The notes below the pieces were generated by a model. That model was not told the DNA's origin. It made no database searches and saw only the letters and a program-made list of their open reading frames with translations. Made by a program: the position numbers and the translations under genes. From positions 1,216 through 33,215 of the forward strand of contig JAPMTX010000164.1 of assembly GCA_026552855.1 (NCBI GenBank): a stretch of DNA of 32,000 nt. Reading direction: 5' to 3'. This DNA is from Candidatus Methanoperedens sp. GTDB taxonomy: Archaea; Halobacteriota; Methanosarcinia; Methanosarcinales; Methanoperedenaceae. Numbering within the stretch: the stretch's first letter is position 1; each line of letters starts with the position of its first letter. Below, piece after piece: positions 9,301 through 17,795 of this stretch.

Positions 9301-12300
9301 ACACGTCTACCTCACTGAACTATAGCCACAGCCTGAACGAGGGAGTTGCAGGCGGTGCAAACTGTGTCGGTTGCCATAATGCTGGAGGCACAGCAGGACC
9401 TGGACGGCTTGTCAATGTTAGTGCGATGAATGACACCAATGCAATCCACAAGAACCTTAACCGCAATGCTGTAACATCTCTTTCTGCAGAGAACAAGAAA
9501 TGCTGGGCTTGCCATGGAAGCGGCAGTGAACCCGGGAGTGGTCATCCGTCCAATTACAGGACACCATACAGATGCGCGGATTGCCATATCTCCGGCGCAG
9601 GACAGAACACCAATTTCACGCCAAGTAATATACTGGAAGTCACTCAGCACTACTGGAACGGTACCAGCATCAAGACCTCAGCAGTTACATCATGCTATGA
9701 CTGCCATAATAAGAACGAAATGATGCTTGGTCTGAACCTCGATCCAGATGGTGCAGCCAGTGTATACGGTGGAGCTAATGGTGGCAGCAACAGCACAAGC
9801 CACTACGGCAAGAAGAGATCAGATTATCCTGTTCAGGGAACTAACGAATATTGCTATCAGTGCCACAGCAATCCATCAACAGCTTTCCCGTTCGTAGATG
9901 CTGCGAACAAGACCATAGCAAACCACTCAACTAACTATGCATCAAGTCCGAATTGTGCTGACTGCCATGCAACACAGGCGGGAAGGATACACAACAGTAC
10001 GCTGTATAAACCAGCATTCAGCCTGCCGAACTCAACATTCTGCCTGAACTGCCATGGAGCAGGCGGAAGTGCTGCTATAAAGAACAAGGAACAGCACAAT
10101 GGAATCCTTGATTGTACGCAGTGCCACCTGAACTCAACAAGGAGCATACATCCAGTGCGGTACCTGCAGGATGGTGGTGCAAGCTGGGATACTGCCAGGA
10201 CAAATGCAGTTAATTGTACGAATTGCCACCAGGGTGCAGGTATAGCAGGGTTTAATAACGCCCCGATAATCCCAGACACATTAAAACACAGTGCAAGCCT
10301 CTCAAACGGCACGACATGGGGCACGTACTGGACATCGGAGCAGGGCTCATGTTATTATTGTCATGGGAACACGAAGCACAATAACACAGCTCTTGGTACT
10401 ATCAACAGCTTAACTCTTGATCCGAATAACACCAGGAGTGGAGCTCTCACCACAACCACTTGGTGCGCTGATTGCCACTACAGCGACTCAGCCAATGCCA
10501 ATTATCTTGGCAGCCAGTGGAGCCCAGCGCCTCCAGCAATCACAGTCAATAACACAGGCAAGAGCGGCTGGGAGAACCATACCAGTTATATAGCCAGCGG
10601 ATACAAGGATGAAAAGTGCAGGTCATGCCATGCCCTGAACGGAGCATATGGAACAACCTCACTGAACTATTCGCACAGCCTTAATGTAGGCATAAGCGGT
10701 GGCGCTGATTGTATAAGCTGCCACTATGTGGGCAGCTCGTACCATAACATCGATACAATAGCAGCCAATGCCAGTGTCCATTCAGGTATGAATAGCAATA
10801 ACGCTACCAGCGCAGGCTTCGCAGCGATCGACGGTGCATGCTGGGCATGCCACGACACGGATGGAAACGTTACAAACAATCCGAGCAATCAGATAATGGG
10901 CGATATATACAATACACCCAAGAAATGCGACGACTGCCATCTTGCCTCAGGTACGTATTACTCACAGGCATCAGGCTGGGGTGCGCCAACTGTAAGCGAA
11001 CATTATTACAGTGCGAGCCAGATAAAAGCTGGAAACTCAGACTCGAATATAGCTTCATGCATCAACTGCCATGAGAACGTAAGCGAGATGGTACTCCGCA
11101 ATAACGATTCAGATTATGGCTCATTCGCAGGAGACGGTATCAGGCTCGCAGGCGGAAACATGAGCTTCTATCACTACGGTAAATCCAGAAGTGATCTACG
11201 CACGTGGGATTCAGGTCAGGCAGAAAATTGCAGCTACTGCCACCAGAACACAAGCACAGCGTTTGCAGCAGGTATGCTCAATCCGGCCTACAACAGCTCA
11301 ATCCAGAACCACAGCTCAACTCAAGCATCGCCAGGTTGCTACAATTCAACCTGTCATAACAGCGGCTGGATACACAACAGTACTCTTACCAGACCTGCAT
11401 TGAATCCAGACAGCGCAGCGACGTTCTGCCAGAACTGCCATACAACCAAGCAGAAACATAACGGTACTCTTGACTGCAGCAACTGCCACATCAACCAGAG
11501 CAGCACCGACACGATCCATCCAATAAAGTTCTTACAGAACTCAGGTTCATTTGATCTCATCAGAACATCAGCAGTTAACTGTACGAGCTGCCACCAGGGT
11601 GCAGGTATAAGCGGGCTTAATGCTCCAAAGATACCAGATCCAGTAAACCATTCTGTATCACCCAGTGCAGGTCAGAAATGGGGCAACTACTGGGACAATA
11701 CCTCACAGGTAACTGCATGCTATTACTGCCACCAGAACGAGATCCATAAAATCAATGCTGACCTTCTCGGCAATGTCTCAACTGTAAAAGGCTCAAATAC
11801 CTTCAATAACGCAGACCTTGCAAATTCAACATGGTGCGCGAACTGCCACTATGCTGGCGCCCAGGAATACAAAGGCATGTTCTTACCCGTACCTCCACCC
11901 GAGATAACGGATGCAAGCCTTGTAGCCAGCGATGGGACAATGTTCTTTAACCACAGCGGACTTTCGAATTTCAACGACTCCAACTGTAAGGCATGCCATG
12001 GACTTGTATTATCAGGATATTCGGAAACCTCACTTAACTTCTCGCACAGCGTAAGCGTGGGAGGCGGCGGAGATAACTGTATTGACTGCCATGGCACAAA
12101 TTACATCGGAGCATCGCCGTCGGTTACCCGGACATTCGTTAACATCTCAGCCTTCAACGAATCCATTCACCAGGACATTAACAATACCCCACCGGCTACC
12201 ATGGAGAACCTTGATTGCTGGTCTTGCCACTATAATAAGGACATGAACCGCCAGAACGTAAAGAAATGCGGCGACTGCCACAGGAAACCGAGCCAGTGGC

Positions 12301-12344
12301 ACGGTAATGCCAATATTACTACCAACTTATCAGAACTCTGGTAA
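6315..12344 (+). CDS. Giant secreted multiheme cytochrome (2009 aa, ~48 CxxCH plus 2 CX4CH by manual count)
   Basis: A GGAGAG SD lies 8 nt upstream of the ATG. The signal peptide ends ...SNTAYA/AQ. An N-terminal Ig-like domain is followed by heme motifs throughout. Four copies of a ~450-aa 12-heme module are present, the last truncated. N-x-S/T sequons are dense. Confidence 0.9.
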   Translation: MQLKKNTPTVDGLIKFSIVLLLTILLVSNTAYAAQVLQVSSSRHSLFSPWMNKASDTSLSANFTAYALFLNTNGTPVSGANITFEIYSQSVKKVTKYNNTQQNGLASVPYDTINDFTASTDTDYGNWSIVAYPTGNPALKDKINMSIQAGGSALQGCSKDYCHETATKDVGGYPRSPYTDSYGQSNTRAEAAHTQSNHANAGCYYCHVGYAATKTGTYGYTGDVHRNRTCDFCHGTWTYIRDTGSSGGKGIPKMPSCSDCHLIFNNNLTDMNTLANLAAGNNISVYSYNYDRKAPLTAHNGTDYSLIKSVPCVVCHGPAHNNTKPDPNIVNTNNVTEYTQCISCHNSYNRHNNSVSCTVCHSQDAHSIKVFAQNATYVTGKTNPARGNCTNCHQNSTFQDILEAQPKAGGYTGRNPPQIPTPLNHSIDPYSGALWNGTQPGYWNNKSQLSACNYCHGSVLHNTSALGNISKVKGTNFLNQSLIGGSWCANCHYKNAPNYAGNQFSPQPPEVLNLNGLVPSNARDGTTFYNHSDALSSGSDDATCKGCHNNRLASDATSLNLSHNVATGSEGGRDCVSCHDKGKSIEKVDVSKMNQTDSIHNVLNNNSVIVTPGLNPDNKRCWACHTNSSLGADNVVNEAELPSSGHPNSYNVPKKCTQCHIQGNFSGLVVSEHFSGSTDIRTKFYANTNDSCVNCHNKTEMLLPNSDPSGPKSIYASVSHYGSNKTNDVPYISGSSANCSYCHQNLTSAFTTEMNDASWNSTISNHTALGTNPACINCHNSGRIHFATLTKPAVSATLCANCHTNKDKHNGSVQCSQCHMQSNRSIHPIQYLQPDATFKVNSPANKSTAINCTNCHQGAGITGFNNAPIIPDPLKHSANLSNGTIWGMYWTSEQGSCYYCHGNTKHNNTALGRINNLTQDANNTKNGALQTTTWCADCHYSDAANTKYLGSQWSPVPPTITIDNTGKNGWQNHSTYLSGGYRDSNCQTCHASNGTYTSTSLNYSHSLNEGVAGGANCVGCHNAGGTAGPGRLVNVSAMNDTNAIHKNLNRNAVTSLSAENKKCWACHGSGSEPGSGHPSNYRTPYRCADCHISGAGQNTNFTPSNILEVTQHYWNGTSIKTSAVTSCYDCHNKNEMMLGLNLDPDGAASVYGGANGGSNSTSHYGKKRSDYPVQGTNEYCYQCHSNPSTAFPFVDAANKTIANHSTNYASSPNCADCHATQAGRIHNSTLYKPAFSLPNSTFCLNCHGAGGSAAIKNKEQHNGILDCTQCHLNSTRSIHPVRYLQDGGASWDTARTNAVNCTNCHQGAGIAGFNNAPIIPDTLKHSASLSNGTTWGTYWTSEQGSCYYCHGNTKHNNTALGTINSLTLDPNNTRSGALTTTTWCADCHYSDSANANYLGSQWSPAPPAITVNNTGKSGWENHTSYIASGYKDEKCRSCHALNGAYGTTSLNYSHSLNVGISGGADCISCHYVGSSYHNIDTIAANASVHSGMNSNNATSAGFAAIDGACWACHDTDGNVTNNPSNQIMGDIYNTPKKCDDCHLASGTYYSQASGWGAPTVSEHYYSASQIKAGNSDSNIASCINCHENVSEMVLRNNDSDYGSFAGDGIRLAGGNMSFYHYGKSRSDLRTWDSGQAENCSYCHQNTSTAFAAGMLNPAYNSSIQNHSSTQASPGCYNSTCHNSGWIHNSTLTRPALNPDSAATFCQNCHTTKQKHNGTLDCSNCHINQSSTDTIHPIKFLQNSGSFDLIRTSAVNCTSCHQGAGISGLNAPKIPDPVNHSVSPSAGQKWGNYWDNTSQVTACYYCHQNEIHKINADLLGNVSTVKGSNTFNNADLANSTWCANCHYAGAQEYKGMFLPVPPPEITDASLVASDGTMFFNHSGLSNFNDSNCKACHGLVLSGYSETSLNFSHSVSVGGGGDNCIDCHGTNYIGASPSVTRTFVNISAFNESIHQDINNTPPATMENLDCWSCHYNKDMNRQNVKKCGDCHRKPSQWHGNANITTNLSELW
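7479..12344. repeat. Intragenic tandem modules of ~1.35 kb (12 heme motifs each): 7479, 8868, 10215 and 11580 (truncated)
   Basis: The anchor motif NC-T-[NS]-CHQ recurs at aa 389, 852, 1301 and 1756. Modules 2 and 3 are about 83% identical at DNA level in a 60-nt spot check (8881.. vs 10225..). Confidence 0.8.
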
Positions 12345-12457
12345 CTGGATAGGAAACAGGTTTGATTGTCAGCGGGGAGTGGGTGGTTTAGTTTTACCGA
12401 TCTAAAGACAGTCGTGTGATAACAGGTGCACATGTGGCGGCAAATATCACGTACTGG

Positions 12458-12483
12458 ATATATGAAAAACTATATATGAAAAA
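12458..12483 (+). promoter_or_regulatory. Tandem direct repeat atatatgaaaaa x2 (TATA-like), possible promoter of the propeller gene
   Basis: 12458..12469 and 12472..12483 are identical 12-mers, 50-75 nt upstream of the ATG at 12534. Confidence 0.25.
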
Positions 12484-12533
12484 TCGGGTGAAAGAGCAAT
12501 AAAATAATTGGCAATCAAAACGGTCGGATCCTC

Positions 12534-13805
12534 ATGTATTATAAAAAAAATGTAATAATTGCCGTACTTGTAAACATTTTTCTTGCCGGCTCAGTACTTG
12601 GCGCAGTCCCTGCCTGGGATATGACTTTTGGAAGAACGGATGATGAATCTGCTGCCTCGGTACAGCAGACCTCAGACGACGGGTATATATTTGCAGGGAC
12701 CACGTCTACTTACGGCTGGGGTGAACGCGATGCATGGATGGTCAAAACCGATTATAAAGGAACACGGCTTTGGGATACGGCATTCGGAGGAAAATATTAC
12801 GATGCGGCAACCTCAGTGCAGCAGACCCCGGATGGCGGGTATATTGTTGCAGGGACTACGTTCACTTACGGCGCAGGTGGCTCTGATGCATGGCTGGTCA
12901 AAACTGATGCTAATGGAAATAAAGTCTGGGATAGAACATTCGGGGGAGTTGGTAACGAATCTGCCTCTTCGGTGCAGCGAACCTCAGACGACGGGTTTAT
13001 TATCGCAGGGACGACGTTCACTTACGGCGCCGGAGGTTCCGATGCCTGGCTTATCAAAACGGATTACAAAGGATTCAGGATGTGGGACAGAACATTCGGA
13101 GGAGTTGGCAACGAATCAGCCTCTTCGGTGCAGCAGACCCCGGATGGCGGGTATATTATTGCAGGGACTACGTTCACTTACGGCGCCGGAGGTTCCGATG
13201 CCTGGCTACTTAAAACGGATTCCAACGGGACCAGGCTGTGGGATAAAACCTTCGGAGGACCCGGTAATGAGTCTGCTTCTTCGGTGCTACGAACCTCAGA
13301 CGGCGGGTATATCATTGCAGGGACTACATCTTCATATGGCGCCGGAGGTTCCGATATCTGGCTTATCAAAACTGATGCTAACGGAACCAGATTCTGGGAC
13401 AGAACATTCGGAGGAACTGGCAATGATTCAGCTTCCTCGGTGCAGCAAACTTCAGACGGCGGGTATATTATTTCAGGAACTACATCTTCATATGGCGCCG
13501 GAGGTTCCGATGTCTGGCTTATCAAAACTGATCACAGGGGAAATAGGCTGTGGGATAAAACTTTTGGAGGAACTGACAATGATTCTGCAGCCCAGGTGAA
13601 GCAATCTAAAGAGGGCGGTTATGTGATTGCAGGAACTACATCTTCCTACGGTGCAGGAGGAACTGATGCCTGGCTCGTCTATGTTCTGGACGAAACAACT
13701 GCTCCACCTGCCGCAGATAATAAATCTATACCTGGATTTGATATCATAACAACCGCGGTGGGATTATTGGCTGCTGTATACATACTGGATAAATTAAAAA
13801 AATAG
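12534..13805 (+). CDS. Surface protein: signal peptide, seven 52-aa beta-propeller-type repeats and a PGF-CTERM archaeosortase sorting signal
   Basis: There are seven repeats of FGGxGNESASSVQQTSDGGYIIAGTTxSYGAGGSDAWLIKTDxNGxxxWDxT. The C-terminus is PGFDIITTAVGLLAAVYILDKLKK (PGF, then a TM helix, then a basic tail). Confidence 0.85.
   Translation: MYYKKNVIIAVLVNIFLAGSVLGAVPAWDMTFGRTDDESAASVQQTSDDGYIFAGTTSTYGWGERDAWMVKTDYKGTRLWDTAFGGKYYDAATSVQQTPDGGYIVAGTTFTYGAGGSDAWLVKTDANGNKVWDRTFGGVGNESASSVQRTSDDGFIIAGTTFTYGAGGSDAWLIKTDYKGFRMWDRTFGGVGNESASSVQQTPDGGYIIAGTTFTYGAGGSDAWLLKTDSNGTRLWDKTFGGPGNESASSVLRTSDGGYIIAGTTSSYGAGGSDIWLIKTDANGTRFWDRTFGGTGNDSASSVQQTSDGGYIISGTTSSYGAGGSDVWLIKTDHRGNRLWDKTFGGTDNDSAAQVKQSKEGGYVIAGTTSSYGAGGTDAWLVYVLDETTAPPAADNKSIPGFDIITTAVGLLAAVYILDKLKK
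12627..13698. repeat. Coding tandem repeat, 7 x 156 bp
   Basis: The period is exactly 156 bp. For example, the 38-mer acgttcacttacggcgccggaggttccgatgcctggct occurs at 13014..13051 and again at 13170..13207. Confidence 0.85.
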
Positions 13806-13831
13806 GCTAAAAAGAACATTGACTTACAACC

Positions 13832-14731
13832 ATGACAAGCGTACCCAGCAAAAAAAGACTTCCAGTAAGCGTCGGTGTCTGTGTCTATAATGAAGAAAAA
13901 AACATAGTCCGGCTTCTGCATTCCCTTCTCGCGCAGAAGACAAATATTGCGGAAATCAGGGAAATAATAATTGTATCCTCAGGTTCTACCGACAAGACAG
14001 ATGCAATAGCTTCTGATTTCATTAAAAGGTACAGCAATATTAAGCTATTGACCCAGGAGAAGCGGGAAGGTAAATCTTCGGCTCTTAATCTTTTCTTTGA
14101 GAATGCAACCCAGGATATTTTAGTGTCCGTGAATGGTGATATCCTGCTTCAGGAGGATACGATTGAAAAGCTTGTATTGCCTTTTTGTGATCCGGAAGTA
14201 GGTATGACGGGAGGTCATACCATACCTGTGAATGATAAAAATCATTTCCTTGGCTTCACAGTCCATCTGCTCTGGAATCTCCACCATCTCATCTCTTTGA
14301 AAAATCCTAAACTTGGTGAGCTCATCGCTCTACGAAACATGGTCAGAATTCCGGGCAATATTGCTTTCGATGAAGCCTGGCTGGAAGCATCTATTAAAAG
14401 CAGGGGTCTTAAACTGATTTATGTCCCCGACGCGGTATTATTCAACAAAGGTCCTGACACAGTATCAGATTTTCTGAAACAGCGAAGGAGGAATTTTGCA
14501 GGCAACCTGTACATTACAAAAAAAACCGGGCATAAACTTTCCACCATGAACTCACTTAATGTTTTGATCCTGACATTGAAAGGACTTAAATTTAATAGCA
14601 AGGTAATAGTGTATACATTTGGCGCTATTCTCCTGGAAATGCTGGGTAGAGCCCTGGGTTTCTATGATTTCTATGTTAAAAAAAGAAACCCGGTTATATG
14701 GGAAGTTATAAAAACTACCAAGGAGATGTAA
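13832..14731 (+). CDS. Family 2 glycosyltransferase (GT-A fold)
   Basis: The N-terminal VGVCVYNEEKNIVRLLHSLLAQ...IIVSSGSTDKTD pattern is typical of Glycos_transf_2. The gene starts 26 nt after the propeller gene. Confidence 0.8.
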   Translation: MTSVPSKKRLPVSVGVCVYNEEKNIVRLLHSLLAQKTNIAEIREIIIVSSGSTDKTDAIASDFIKRYSNIKLLTQEKREGKSSALNLFFENATQDILVSVNGDILLQEDTIEKLVLPFCDPEVGMTGGHTIPVNDKNHFLGFTVHLLWNLHHLISLKNPKLGELIALRNMVRIPGNIAFDEAWLEASIKSRGLKLIYVPDAVLFNKGPDTVSDFLKQRRRNFAGNLYITKKTGHKLSTMNSLNVLILTLKGLKFNSKVIVYTFGAILLEMLGRALGFYDFYVKKRNPVIWEVIKTTKEM

Positions 14732-14742
14732 AAGCAGTACAG

Positions 14743-16806
14743 TTAATCATCAGGCTTGGTTTTAGAAACAGACGCCCTGAATACGGGAACAGAACCGGTA
14801 TTATCTTTTTTCCATATCAGAAATTGTTGCTGTATTCCAGCCTTTTTACCATCAGCGTCTGAGTACAGTGATTCAGGGACCTCAAATTCTGACCGGATTA
14901 TGTTTTTTGTATTTTTAAGTTTTATTTCTCCAATACTTATATTCATGTTATTCCTGACCGTATCAAAAATCAGGGTATCATAGCCAACATCCTGTAATGT
15001 AACTTCTAACTTTGAATTATAACCGGGCTCAGGAATAGTTAAGATCATGCCGCCATATCCTGAGTTCTGGATAAGTCTTGATTTGTTTTGCGCCTGGCTC
15101 CATGCCTTCCCGTATATCCATCCGTTATTACTTTTAGTCCAGTTGTCCGCAGGTTCGCCTATGAATATTGTTGGTTTTTCAGTCCTGGTAAATGTATTAT
15201 TTGTATGTCGTTTGAAAACATAAGAGGATATATTATACTTGTCTGTAAATTTCTCCTTGTAGTCATAATAATTTGCCAGGTACTCATTTAAAAAACCATC
15301 TGTATACCAGGAAAAAGATATGCTTGCTGTGTAAAGCACATCTTTAGGATCAATTTTTGTGTACTTATCCACCAGTACTATGTAGGTAGCATTTTGCTCG
15401 CTCCCGGCATCCAGGGGGAATGTTCCCAGTGCATTATTTTTATACCCCAGCCAGTATAGATAAATGCTTTCGGGTGAACTTCCCATGTAGAACGCACCCT
15501 TGATGCCGCTATAAGCTTCAAGAACAGGATAGTGGGCATTCGTAATGAAAAACTCCCCCCCGGCGCGGAGGTCTTTATTGTCTGTAATATAATAAGGCGT
15601 GTTATTGTTTGAAATATATTTTCCTACGTCTTTTAACGAATCTATATACCACCAGTCGTCTACGAGGGTGGCTGAATAAACAGTGCCATTAGCCACGCTG
15701 CTGTAATCAAAAGACAATCCTGCCACCAGAAATATCGTAATTACCGCGGCTATCCCGGTTTGATAGCTTCTTATTTTATAGATCATCTTATCCATGGAAT
15801 AACCGAAAAATATGCATACCGACGGCGTCAGGATCAAAAGGTAGCGCGCGAAATACGTCCCTGAAAAAACAGTAAAGATAACTATGTTCAACAGGAAAGC
15901 CAGCACATAGAAGGCGCTCAACCGGTGGTGCTCATGAAGAGCTTTTTCGATTAAGTACCCGAGACCTAACATGGAGATAACAAAAGATATGAACCCTATA
16001 TGGGTACTTACGGTTATCAGCGCCCAGTTAAAAGCGATTTTCTGTCCCACGCTCCACCCGTAAGACGTTTTGAGAATGGTCCACGGGAAATAGATGCTCT
16101 GTCCCAGTATCAGTGATATCAATAATATTACAGCGGTGTAGGGTGCTGTAAATTGCACTATCTCCAGGGGCTTTTTAGTTCTTTTTATCATCAAATGGAT
16201 AATGGTTATCAACAGGAATACGCCGGCGTATATCTTGGTAAACGTTGCAAGACCAAACATTATTCCTGCTGTTTGCAGCAGGTATGATTTCCCGGACGAC
16301 ATGTACTTTGAGTAAAAGTAAATACCCGCTGTTATGAAAAGGACTGTAAGCATGTCCAGTGTCGCAAACCTCGAATATGCTATAAAGTAAGGGTTAAAAG
16401 CAAAAATTAGCGAGGCAATAATACCTGTAGATGGACTGTATTCCGAGCCCAGTTTATATATAAAATAAGTGATTGCCACAGATATTAATACTGTTACAAC
16501 CCGGAAAAAAGCCTCGTCGTTCATAAAATAAAAATACTTATAGAGAAACGACATGAGCATAAAATAAACAGGAGGGTGGGCTGTCCCAAGCATCCTCATG
16601 CTCTGCCAGTCGTACCCGTTCGCTACGATATCCTTTACGATTTTCACGTAAATGGCTTCGTCAAAAACGAACGCATGTTCATCTATTCTGATAATGCGCA
16701 CTAAAAAAGCCGATACCAGCACTATTAAAATAATGATTTCAGAGAGCTTGGAAGATTTACCTGAATGCTCTTTATCTCTTATATGCCTTATTTTTCTTGA
16801 TTGCAT
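14743..16806 (-). CDS. GT-C fold membrane glycosyltransferase, PMT_2/ArnT (GT39/83)-like, with a ~300-aa C-terminal soluble domain
   Basis: The protein has many TM helices. The first-loop FDEAIYV motif, a later HPPVY, and an FTK-containing helix match the PMT_2/ArnT pattern. Confidence 0.7.
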   Translation of the reverse strand: MQSRKIRHIRDKEHSGKSSKLSEIIILIVLVSAFLVRIIRIDEHAFVFDEAIYVKIVKDIVANGYDWQSMRMLGTAHPPVYFMLMSFLYKYFYFMNDEAFFRVVTVLISVAITYFIYKLGSEYSPSTGIIASLIFAFNPYFIAYSRFATLDMLTVLFITAGIYFYSKYMSSGKSYLLQTAGIMFGLATFTKIYAGVFLLITIIHLMIKRTKKPLEIVQFTAPYTAVILLISLILGQSIYFPWTILKTSYGWSVGQKIAFNWALITVSTHIGFISFVISMLGLGYLIEKALHEHHRLSAFYVLAFLLNIVIFTVFSGTYFARYLLILTPSVCIFFGYSMDKMIYKIRSYQTGIAAVITIFLVAGLSFDYSSVANGTVYSATLVDDWWYIDSLKDVGKYISNNNTPYYITDNKDLRAGGEFFITNAHYPVLEAYSGIKGAFYMGSSPESIYLYWLGYKNNALGTFPLDAGSEQNATYIVLVDKYTKIDPKDVLYTASISFSWYTDGFLNEYLANYYDYKEKFTDKYNISSYVFKRHTNNTFTRTEKPTIFIGEPADNWTKSNNGWIYGKAWSQAQNKSRLIQNSGYGGMILTIPEPGYNSKLEVTLQDVGYDTLIFDTVRNNMNISIGEIKLKNTKNIIRSEFEVPESLYSDADGKKAGIQQQFLIWKKDNTGSVPVFRASVSKTKPDD

Positions 16807-17788
16807 CCAATATCTCTATTATACGTACAGATTCTTTAAGCTTATTAAAATTATTTAGCCCTTCTTTTATATGATTTATGAAAGTTGTATCCTGCTCCAG
16901 GTATGACCTGTTTAAAGCCCACATAGGATTTCTTAAGTCCGTATTCTCCGGATAAATGGTATGGGTCCCTTTTCCTGCCCTGTATTCATTTATCTTTCCA
17001 CTGTATATGGCAGGGGTAAGAACGCCCCTGTCCCCTACAACCCTGAGGGTCTTGAGCATCTCGGTATGGAGATACTCAGATAGAGGTGCCCACAGTGCCT
17101 GGAGGTGACCGATAACCCCGTTCTCAAACCTGACCGAGATATCCGCTATATTCTCAACAGGCAGGTCATCATAAGTACCGCTAAACCCGTATGCCTCCTC
17201 GATGCTGCTGTCCGCAAGCCATGAGCTTATGTCGATAAGGTGGCATAAGCCGTCCATGAGCACGCCGCCCCCTTTCTTCGGGTCTAAATAAAAGGATTTG
17301 TTCTCCCGCAAATAAGCCAATTCAGCCAGGTAATACCCGTTTATTGTAATAATCCTGCCGATATGCCCTTTTTTCAACAATTTTTTTGCCAATTTCATCT
17401 GCGGCATGTACCTCAGGTTATAGCCGGTTTCAACGATAAGACCGGCGTTCCCGGCTGTTTTTTCGATACTTAGCGCCTCGTCTGCCGTCATGCACAGCGG
17501 CTTTTCCACAAATATGTGTTTTTTATGGTTCAGGCAATCCATTACCAGGGCATAATGCGTATGGGGAGGTGTCAGTATGAACACGGCATCCACGAAGCCA
17601 AGAAATTCACTGTAGTCCGGGAACCTCCTGTTCCCTTCAATACCGAACCGCTCACCGATGTTCTCCAGCGCTTTCGCATCGGTATCAGAGATAAAAACCG
17701 CCTTTATATCCGGGTTCTTGACCAGGATTGGCAGATGTACGCTCTTTGCTATGTTACCACAGCCGATAATTCCTATGTTGAGTTTCAT
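16772..17788 (-). CDS. Gfo/Idh/MocA family NAD(P)-dependent oxidoreductase (likely sugar-modifying)
   Basis: MKLNIGIIGCGNIAKSVHLPIL is a Rossmann motif, and the EKP motif (FVEKPL) is present. The gene overlaps the downstream gene by 35 nt. Confidence 0.85.
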   Translation of the reverse strand: MKLNIGIIGCGNIAKSVHLPILVKNPDIKAVFISDTDAKALENIGERFGIEGNRRFPDYSEFLGFVDAVFILTPPHTHYALVMDCLNHKKHIFVEKPLCMTADEALSIEKTAGNAGLIVETGYNLRYMPQMKLAKKLLKKGHIGRIITINGYYLAELAYLRENKSFYLDPKKGGGVLMDGLCHLIDISSWLADSSIEEAYGFSGTYDDLPVENIADISVRFENGVIGHLQALWAPLSEYLHTEMLKTLRVVGDRGVLTPAIYSGKINEYRAGKGTHTIYPENTDLRNPMWALNRSYLEQDTTFINHIKEGLNNFNKLKESVRIIEILDAIKKNKAYKR

Positions 17789-17795
17789 TTCTCAC

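Noticed and set aside
12628-13599. A 323-aa plus-strand ORF in an alternative frame, and a 115-aa minus-strand ORF (13178..13525), both inside the propeller gene
   Set aside because: Both are shadow ORFs created by the 156-bp periodic coding repeat. Their products are low-complexity repeats with no start context. The frame encoding the signal peptide, propeller and PGF-CTERM is clearly the real one.
12627-13698. Regular 156-bp periodicity, considered as a possible CRISPR-like or satellite array
   Set aside because: The repeats are contiguous with no spacers, stay in frame, and encode a coherent 52-aa propeller blade. They are protein repeats, not a CRISPR array.
15641-15660. DDWWYID in the 687-aa GT-C protein, considered as a possible WWDYG motif of an AglB/STT3 oligosaccharyltransferase
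   Set aside because: The motif is not WWDYG. The N-terminal FDEAIY/HPP pattern fits the PMT_2/ArnT family better. I therefore call it only a GT-C glycosyltransferase, not the OST.
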